The notes under the pieces were generated by a model that ran no database searches, was not told the DNA's origin, and saw only the letters and a program-made list of their open reading frames with translations. Positions 9,064-15,597 of a DNA stretch of 20,000 bases are shown here, piece after piece (positions within the stretch are counted from its first letter, which is position 1; each line of letters begins with the position of its first letter). This DNA comes from an uncultured virus (IMG/VR IMGVR_UViG_3300045999_005873) (lineage: Duplodnaviria; Heunggongvirae; Uroviricota; Caudoviricetes): the IMG/VR virus record IMGVR_UViG_3300045999_005873. The stretch is one strand, 5' to 3'. The translations under genes and the position numbers were made by a program.

Positions 9064-9788
9064 TGAACCTGCCCCCAGGCGTTCTCTGGTGCCTTCTGGC
9101 CGCCGTTCCAATACTCAGTCGTGTGCTGCTGCACCTTGCCGCCCTCGGCCGTCCGAGAGGGCCATGTGACCATCAGTTCGGCGTGCCCGACGCTGACGTG
9201 CGTTGCCAGCCCGAGCTTGTTGCCGCAGGCGGCCCAGCCCTTCCAGAAGCCGATGTCTTCGTCAGTGTGCCCGCCCGTCCACTCGCCATCATCATTCGCC
9301 CTGGCGAGGAACCAGGGCTTCTTCATCTTCTTGAGGCCAGCCGTCCGCAGGAACGTCAGTCCGAAGTGAGCCGTCTCGACCGGCTGCACCACCTTCTGAA
9401 AGAAGTCGCCGTCCACCGTTGTCTTCTCGTCTGGACTGTTCCCCGGCAGGGCGAACATCACCGCATTCGCTTCCCGCTTGGTCTGGAGAGGAGCGATGGC
9501 GTCGTAGCCCGAGTGCAGGAGCAGGGCCAGGAGCGCCTCGACAGTCTTCGAGTTGAAGACCGTGTCGTAGTCGATGGTCAGGATCACGTCGTGGGTATCC
9601 ACGACAGTCTCCATCGCTCGCTGAAGGCACTGGCCCCAGAAAGCACCCGTCACCTTGATGGGACTGATGCCATGCGGGGCCAGTGCCGACGAGACGCAGA
9701 AGAAATTGTCGGTAAATCCAAGTCGCGGGGTGCTCATCACCGCCGCGACTTTGATTTCCGCTTCGACGTTACCGACTCGGATCAGCAT
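9060..9788 (-). CDS. Glycosyltransferase-like protein (GT-A/GT2-like fold)
   Basis: DXD motif after a beta strand (DVILTIDYD), HFGLTFLR, KPWF, DEDIGFW (ED motif) and a late VGH. AAGGAG SD upstream. Confidence 0.65.
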   Translation of the reverse strand: MLIRVGNVEAEIKVAAVMSTPRLGFTDNFFCVSSALAPHGISPIKVTGAFWGQCLQRAMETVVDTHDVILTIDYDTVFNSKTVEALLALLLHSGYDAIAPLQTKREANAVMFALPGNSPDEKTTVDGDFFQKVVQPVETAHFGLTFLRTAGLKKMKKPWFLARANDDGEWTGGHTDEDIGFWKGWAACGNKLGLATHVSVGHAELMVTWPSRTAEGGKVQQHTTEYWNGGQKAPENAWGQVH

Positions 9789-9864
9789 GGATCGCTCCTT
9801 GTATGGAGCGGGCGCGCATCCATGCGCCTTTGTCGGCCATCATGGCCGTCCCGCAGTTCGGGAA
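9789..9864 (-). promoter_or_regulatory. Structured intergenic leader of four tandem hairpins, one with a GGA loop and one sequestering the SD
   Basis: On the mRNA: UCCCG-aacug-CGGGA, CGGCCA-uga-UGGCCG, GCGCA-ugga-UGCGC, CGCUCC-auacaa-GGAGCG, then AUCC AUG. Confidence 0.6.
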
Positions 9865-10287
9865 TCAGCCCTTGACCCAGCCGATGCAGCCAGCTTCAGT
9901 AGCAGTCGTCGGGGCATCGCCACGAGACAGCCGAGCCGTCACCACCGTGTTCACGCTGACCGCGGGGGTCGCCGTGACCTTGAGGTAACGCTTCTTCGCC
10001 TTCGTGTCGACATCCAGCTTCACCACCGCGACGGCCGCCGTGTCGGACACGACGGGGATCGTGAAGTCGGTGCCGCCCAAGAGGCCGGTCACGTTCGAGT
10101 AGGACGAGTTGTCGTCCGACTCTTCAACCTTCAGGACGCTGGCAAACACCGTCGAGGCGTTGCTGGCCCGCATCACGGTCACGCTCGCGTGGTCATAGCC
10201 GAGCGTGTCGATCGTCAGGGTCACGGCACTCGAGCCGACCGAAGCCGGGACGGAGGCCACAACCTTTTCATTCTGGGCGTGGATCAT
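9865..10287 (-). CDS. Putative capsid decoration/cement protein (140 aa)
   Basis: Immediately after the major capsid gene. Beta-rich, with IDTLGYD, LKVEESDD and KKRYLKV motifs typical of small jelly-roll-like capsid accessory proteins. Confidence 0.55.
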   Translation of the reverse strand: MIHAQNEKVVASVPASVGSSAVTLTIDTLGYDHASVTVMRASNASTVFASVLKVEESDDNSSYSNVTGLLGGTDFTIPVVSDTAAVAVVKLDVDTKAKKRYLKVTATPAVSVNTVVTARLSRGDAPTTATEAGCIGWVKG

Positions 10288-10327
10288 GGTCTAGGGGTTC
10301 CTTTCCTTGAGGTTTTGGTTGTTAGGC

Positions 10328-11680
10328 TCAGGACGCCGCGGTCTTGAGGGCCACCACCGGGCCGGCGGTCGTGTTGTCGCCCAGCGAGTGGTGGTTAATG
10401 TCGAAGCGAAGCGTTCCCTGGAGGAGCAACTGGTCGGTCGTGGCGTACACTTGGTCGTACATCTTGACCGAGAAGTCACGGCGACGAGCGTAGATGCTCG
10501 ACAGGCCGAGGTTCGCGAACAGCACCTTCACCTTGCCAGCGTCGGCACCGAGCGTGCCGTCCATGACGTGGACGAGGTTCACCGGGTAGCCGAGGAACTG
10601 CTCGTTCACGCCGCCACCGACCTGCTCGACGGTGTTGCCACCAGCCGCGTAGCGGAGGCGGGCCATCGAGGCAGCGAAACCGGCCGGCGAGATGTAGAAG
10701 GCTGCACCCTGGCGGGCGTACAGCGGCATCCGGCCGATCAGCTTGATGAAGTCGGTCACGGTCAGGGTCTCGAAGCCCGTCGCACCCGTGCCGGCAGTCA
10801 GCACGCCAGCGGTGTGAGTGCCGTCGTTGATCTTCGGCACCACGCCGTGGATTCCGCCGAAGCTGGAGGTGCCGTCACCCAACCAACCGCACATATCCTG
10901 CTTGAGCGACAGCGAGGTGCTGAACTCCACTGCCACAGCATCAGCAATCGAAACCAGAGCGTCCTCTACGATTTCGCTCGACATCCGAGTGCCAACCGCC
11001 AGCTTTTTGGCGATAAGCTGCACATTGGAATAAGTGGGCTCGCTCTCGTTTACCGCCGTCCCTTCGCCCACGAAGTACGCTGCGGTGCCCGTAACCCGCT
11101 TGGGGATCACGAGGGTGTCGCGGGTCATCGTGACCTTCTCGACGTTGCTCGCGGCGAAGGTGCCGTAGTTTTCGACGAGACGAATCACGCGGGCCGCAAA
11201 CTCTTCGGGCACTAGAGCGCCACCCGACGAGTTGCTGCTCTCGCCCAGGGCACGGCTCTCGACGCCGTGATCCTTGCACCACCGGAGGTCTTCGGCGTTC
11301 TTGAAGATATGGGCTCGGAGCCACCGACCGCAGCGGTACGCGCTCTCGACGGCCTCGGGGCCGTCGTTGAATGCCCGCAGGCTGGTGTGGTGGGGCTGGA
11401 TCGAACGAATCTCGACCTTCTTGTCCTCGGCCTTGGCGGCCACTTCGGCAACCGGGGCAGGGGCGGGGGCGGCCTTCTCGACCACCGCACGCAGCTCGGC
11501 TTCCTTGGCGGCGATCCGCTCCTCGAAGTCGAGGGAAGTCTTCAGGTCGTCGGCCTGGGTGCCGAGCGAGATGAGTTCCTTGGTCTGCTCGGCCGAGCGA
11601 TCCTCGATACCGGACAGTTCGGTCATCCGAGCGGCGACAGCCGCGGCACGTTCCTGAAGACGCTTGAGATTCGATGCCAT
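10328..11680 (-). CDS. Major capsid protein, HK97 fold with N-terminal coiled-coil delta domain (450 aa)
   Basis: Start MASNLKRLQERAAA at 11680 with an AGGAG SD. Motifs SSGGALVPEEF, AYFVGEG, KKLAVGTRMSSEIVED, GDGT, FLGYPV and RFD. Confidence 0.93.
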   Translation of the reverse strand: MASNLKRLQERAAAVAARMTELSGIEDRSAEQTKELISLGTQADDLKTSLDFEERIAAKEAELRAVVEKAAPAPAPVAEVAAKAEDKKVEIRSIQPHHTSLRAFNDGPEAVESAYRCGRWLRAHIFKNAEDLRWCKDHGVESRALGESSNSSGGALVPEEFAARVIRLVENYGTFAASNVEKVTMTRDTLVIPKRVTGTAAYFVGEGTAVNESEPTYSNVQLIAKKLAVGTRMSSEIVEDALVSIADAVAVEFSTSLSLKQDMCGWLGDGTSSFGGIHGVVPKINDGTHTAGVLTAGTGATGFETLTVTDFIKLIGRMPLYARQGAAFYISPAGFAASMARLRYAAGGNTVEQVGGGVNEQFLGYPVNLVHVMDGTLGADAGKVKVLFANLGLSSIYARRRDFSVKMYDQVYATTDQLLLQGTLRFDINHHSLGDNTTAGPVVALKTAAS

Positions 11681-11831
11681 GTTTGGCCTGCTCCTGTGAT
11701 TGAGCCGGCCTAACGCACGATGCGGCGGCCGGCGGGTGATCCCGCTAGCGCGCCGCGTGCTTGAATCCTCAAGACGCTCGCACTGCTCTTCACGACATCC
11801 GTCGTGAAGCAATGTGTCTACTTGTAGACTA
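11681..11831 (-). promoter_or_regulatory. Highly structured 151-nt capsid leader with GGA-loop hairpins
   Basis: On the mRNA: GUCUAC-aa-GUAGAC (11816-11829), CUUCACGAC-ggau-GUCGUGAAG (11788-11809), CUUGA-ggau-UCAAG (11760-11773), GCGGG-auca-CCCGC (11732-11745), GCCGGCC...GGCCGGC (11704-11733), then CACAGGAG SD. Confidence 0.65.
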
Positions 11832-13499
11832 TCAAGCCTTCGGAAGACCGTGCAACTGAGTCCGAAGGATTGTGGCCTTCAGAGCCGCCAGCTTCACGTC
11901 GATGTCCAACTGTTCCTTGGCCGCCCGCATGTCCTCGGCGACCTTCTCGTCGACAGGTTCCGGCTTCTTCTCTTCGCTCATACGCTCCTCGGGGATGATC
12001 CACAGTTTGCACACGGCATCGGCAGCGATCTCGCCCTGCACGATGTAGCACCTGCCTTCCTCGCCCTCGAAGAAGACGCAGTTGCCGCACTTCACGCCGT
12101 CCTTGGCGAAGGGGTTTTCGGTCATGTAGTGAGCGTCGTTCTGCGAGAACGCGCCGAATTCCTCGGCGATGCCCTCATACGACTCGGCCAGGGCGAGGTT
12201 CGCGGGCGAGAGCACGGATTCGTACTCTTCCTCGATCTCCTCGCCTTCGACGATGTCTCGCTTTCCAGCGGCACGCTCCATCTGTGAGACCTTGGCCTCA
12301 CTCCACCGCCACGCCGGGTCGCCGCCCCAGAGCATCCAGGCGGTATAGCCGGGGGTCTCAGCGCCTTTCGCGCTCCAGCCGGCCTTCTTGTCGACCTTGT
12401 GACGCCGAAACCACGCCCGCATCTCGCGAACGTGCTCGGGCGTGAGTTCGTCGCGGTCGGCGATCTTGCCGGCACGCGCCACCGTCTCGGGCTTGAGCCC
12501 GTCGCCCGATCGGCCTTCCTCGTGGAGGGCCAATCCTCGCTTCGCGGCGGCTGCCATGCCCGCGGTGGGCTTCAGATTCACGTCGGAGGCGGCCCGTTCC
12601 TCGGCAGGAGCGTCGGAAACAGGGATTTCAGTGGCAGAGTCCACCGACGGGGCTGCTTCCGGCTGCGCGGAAGCAGCACGCCGATCCACCCACTTCTGCC
12701 CTGCATCTCCGCCGGCCAGTTGCCACTCGATCCAGGCCGGCGTGCCCGACCAGCCCGTCACTTTCGCCGCCAAGCAGCGTTCGTAGACTCCCGAGAGGTA
12801 CGAAACCTCCTCGACGGAGACGATTTCGCGGTTTGCGACACGTTCGGCGATGCACAGGAGGCGAGAATCGATGTTTTCTGCCTTCTGGGCGAGCTTCAGA
12901 CCGCGTTTCGCCGCGTTCGCCATCGTTTGGATGGGCCGATGGCTCTCGCCGAGGGCCATTTCGATGGCTCGACGGCTCACCACCACGCTGGACGAGTCAT
13001 ATGCAGGGCGAACCACTGGCCCAACGTCCTCGAGCAGCCCGATCGCACGCACTTCTCGCTTCCGAATGCCACGAGTATTGTCCGTAGACCACGAATCGCC
13101 ATTATCCCGACGGATTGCGAAGGCGAAACTTGACCCCACGACTGTCCTATCCTTCACCCATTCGATCACGTCGCGGCCGATGGACGTGTTTTCGTTCGGC
13201 GTGATCTCGTAACGAAGACCATAGGGGTCTTTCGTGAGCTTCATCGACCCGTTTCCGGTGCGGCCGAGGAGCAGATTGCGGTCGTGATTGAACACGCCGA
13301 TGACATCGGGGTTCTCGGCCAGCACTTCGTCGAACGCATTCGGGTGAATCGTCTCGACGAAGCCGCCCAGGTTGCGGCTCTCAGCGTTGAAGACGGCGGC
13401 GTAGCCCGAAATCACAGGCTTCTTCTCGCCGTTTCCCATGTCTCGGTACTCAATCGTCGCGTCCGAGACCGTCGTGCGCCGTTCAATTTCATTGCTCAT
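11832..13499 (-). CDS. Prohead maturation protease (HK97 family) with long multi-domain C-terminal extension
   Basis: The N-terminal ~180 aa contain ISGYAAVFN, GGFVETI, FNHDRNLLLGRT, GSSFAF and EDVGPVVRPAY. These are followed by two copies of an ~90-aa domain, a 4-Cys domain and a helical tail. Confidence 0.9.
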   Translation of the reverse strand: MSNEIERRTTVSDATIEYRDMGNGEKKPVISGYAAVFNAESRNLGGFVETIHPNAFDEVLAENPDVIGVFNHDRNLLLGRTGNGSMKLTKDPYGLRYEITPNENTSIGRDVIEWVKDRTVVGSSFAFAIRRDNGDSWSTDNTRGIRKREVRAIGLLEDVGPVVRPAYDSSSVVVSRRAIEMALGESHRPIQTMANAAKRGLKLAQKAENIDSRLLCIAERVANREIVSVEEVSYLSGVYERCLAAKVTGWSGTPAWIEWQLAGGDAGQKWVDRRAASAQPEAAPSVDSATEIPVSDAPAEERAASDVNLKPTAGMAAAAKRGLALHEEGRSGDGLKPETVARAGKIADRDELTPEHVREMRAWFRRHKVDKKAGWSAKGAETPGYTAWMLWGGDPAWRWSEAKVSQMERAAGKRDIVEGEEIEEEYESVLSPANLALAESYEGIAEEFGAFSQNDAHYMTENPFAKDGVKCGNCVFFEGEEGRCYIVQGEIAADAVCKLWIIPEERMSEEKKPEPVDEKVAEDMRAAKEQLDIDVKLAALKATILRTQLHGLPKA

Positions 13500-13969
13500 G
13501 CCGTCACCTGATTCGCGAGGTAGTTGTCCACACCGATCTGTTCGATCACACGCTGTTTTGCTTCGATCGCGGCCACCGCTTCTTCGCTGCCTTCGAGCAA
13601 CCGGGTGAAGATGACGGCGGAAATCTCGTCGCCGACGGCACGGCAGGCCGTCACGTTGGCTCGCTCGGCCTCCGCAGCGGCGGTTTCAAGTGCCAAGTTG
13701 GCCGCGAGGATGCCCTCGAAGTCGTGGCGAGGCCAGTCGGGCTGGTCGTGATCGTAGGCCGGCTGCTCGTCGTAGTATTCGAGCCTCGCCTGCACCTTGT
13801 GCAGGTGGCGGCGCTCCTCTTCGACCTCGCCGCGGGCGGCGTCGGCCAGCTTCCCGTAACCCCATCGATCGAAGTGCTCGGCCTGCGACTGATACGTCTC
13901 AATCGCGGTCATGTGCAGCCGAACGGAGGCTTGCAGGGCGTCGATCACGCCTTCAGGTGCTTGCGGCAT
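13496..13969 (-). CDS. Bacterioferritin-like protein with degenerate ferroxidase and heme sites
   Basis: 157 aa. Aligns essentially colinearly with E. coli Bfr as I recall it: AIxxY, WG..KL, EEERRH, RL, NLALE, GDEIS and the C-terminal IEQIGVDNYLANQ E-helix. Confidence 0.82.
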   Translation of the reverse strand: MPQAPEGVIDALQASVRLHMTAIETYQSQAEHFDRWGYGKLADAARGEVEEERRHLHKVQARLEYYDEQPAYDHDQPDWPRHDFEGILAANLALETAAAEAERANVTACRAVGDEISAVIFTRLLEGSEEAVAAIEAKQRVIEQIGVDNYLANQVTA

Positions 13970-15596
13970 CGGTTGTCAGGTGCTTGTCGCACCAGCCTTC
14001 AGTGACGGTTTCGTACTTCTGACCGCTGCGATGACACTCAAGCAAGAGGTCTCGCGAGCGGTTCACCCAATCTGACACAAACTTGTCGATGTCTCGTCCA
14101 GCGGCCTCTGCGGCCTCGCGAAGCTCTTCTCGCATCCGCTGGCTCGTCTGATCGAACCACGTCGCGATCTTCTCCGGCTTGCTGCGGCGCTCGAGCACGC
14201 CGGCAGCCTCGACCGCGGCGAGTCGCCGAAGGTTCGTCTTGAACAGCACCTCGGCACCGGCGAGCTGTCGGGCGTCCTCGACGGTTGCGGGGGCGTCAGG
14301 GGCCGGCGGCTCGGGCGTGGCGTCTACGCCGGCCGGCGGAGTCGGCGATGACTCGGTCTGCTTCTGGCCGGTCGGGTTGTCGGGCGTGAAAGCCTCGAGC
14401 AATTGCATATTGACCTGAACGAATCGCTTCTTGCCCAGGTCATCAGGCAGCGGGTTGTAGCCGATCTGAGCGCGGATTTCGTCGATGTCCAGGGCACCAA
14501 GGTTCGCCATCTCACGCAGGAACTGCGAACGCGCCGCATAGTCGCCGACCATCAGGGCGTTCGTGTCGAACTGGCAGAAATACTGCTTGTCGTCGACTAC
14601 GAGATCGCGGCGGCACGCCATTTCCCATCGGCGGCACCACGGGATCAGGCTGAACGTGACGAAGTCGATGGCCGATTGTTCCACCGTCGAAAAACGCACA
14701 TTCGACAAGTCGCCGATCAAATGGCCTGGGACGCGATAGGCTCGGCTGACTTCCTCGCATTGGTAGCGGCGAGTCTCAATGAGCTGGGCCGTATCGTTCC
14801 GCACCTCGATCTGCTTGCGGTGAAATCCGAACGGCATGACGACGGTCTTGTAGCTCTTGTCTGGGCCGGAATGAGCGTCATTCCACTGCTCCTTGAACCG
14901 CGACAGCACCTCGGGCTTATGAGGCTGATCGGTTTCGATATAGGTGCCGGGTGTCGCGCCGTTCCCGAAGAATGCACCAGAGTGCAATTCGGTCGCTCGG
15001 GCCAGCCCGATGGCGTCTCGGGAGAGGGTCGTGGGAACGAAGCCGGTCACGCCGTCAGATGAGAGCCAGCGAAGATGAAAAATCTCGTCCTGCCGATACT
15101 CCGTCACATTCACCTGGGGCTGGATCGGCGTCGTCGGCTCGGTGTAGTAATACCGGAGCTTGCCGTTGGTGAGCCGCTTGACCTCCATCCGCGACGGATG
15201 CAAAGGGATCAGCTCGGTCACGCCGCCCTGACGGCCGCCCTTGATATGGGCGTAGGCGTTGCCCCAGAGGAGGAGCCAACTTTGCATCAGCTCCCTGAAC
15301 TCGAAGCCCGTCATCCATGAGTTGGGCTGATAGCAGATCACCTCGTGGAGGTGCTGCTCTTCGGCGATTTCCTTGCCGCCGCCGGGGAGCCTGCGGTAGA
15401 CGTTGAACGGGAGGCTGGCGATCGACTCGGACAGCACCCGCACGCAGGCGAGAACTGCCGTGCATTCTAGGGCCGTCTCTGGCGAGACCGTGACGCCGGA
15501 TGCCGTGCGTCGAGTATTGGAAATCTCCTCGAAAATACGGGAGAGATTGCCGCGAAGCTCAATCAGATCGGAGACTTCCTCGTCGATCTTGTCCAC
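13953..15596 (-). CDS. Portal protein, HK97 family, with C-terminal extension
   Basis: AVLACVRVLSESIASLP, PNSWMTGFEFRE, LLWGNAYA, LIPLHPSRM, IFHLR, FFGNGATPG, YRVPGHLIG and DEIRAQIGYNP. Follows the terminase gene. Confidence 0.95.
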   Translation of the reverse strand: MDKIDEEVSDLIELRGNLSRIFEEISNTRRTASGVTVSPETALECTAVLACVRVLSESIASLPFNVYRRLPGGGKEIAEEQHLHEVICYQPNSWMTGFEFRELMQSWLLLWGNAYAHIKGGRQGGVTELIPLHPSRMEVKRLTNGKLRYYYTEPTTPIQPQVNVTEYRQDEIFHLRWLSSDGVTGFVPTTLSRDAIGLARATELHSGAFFGNGATPGTYIETDQPHKPEVLSRFKEQWNDAHSGPDKSYKTVVMPFGFHRKQIEVRNDTAQLIETRRYQCEEVSRAYRVPGHLIGDLSNVRFSTVEQSAIDFVTFSLIPWCRRWEMACRRDLVVDDKQYFCQFDTNALMVGDYAARSQFLREMANLGALDIDEIRAQIGYNPLPDDLGKKRFVQVNMQLLEAFTPDNPTGQKQTESSPTPPAGVDATPEPPAPDAPATVEDARQLAGAEVLFKTNLRRLAAVEAAGVLERRSKPEKIATWFDQTSQRMREELREAAEAAGRDIDKFVSDWVNRSRDLLLECHRSGQKYETVTEGWCDKHLTTDAAST

Positions 15597-15597
15597 G

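Noticed and set aside
11681..11812. 44-aa N-terminal extension of the capsid ORF
   Set aside because: The SD and sequence character support ATG 11680. The region is better explained as a structured leader.
11788..11829. Hairpins after the protease gene as a rho-independent terminator
   Set aside because: No U-tract follows on either strand, and the next gene is the capsid in the same operon.
10328..13969. Reading capsid plus ferritin as a cellular encapsulin operon
   Set aside because: Terminase, portal, delta-domain capsid, neck and tail genes show a genuine tailed-phage module. The encapsulin link is only an analogy.
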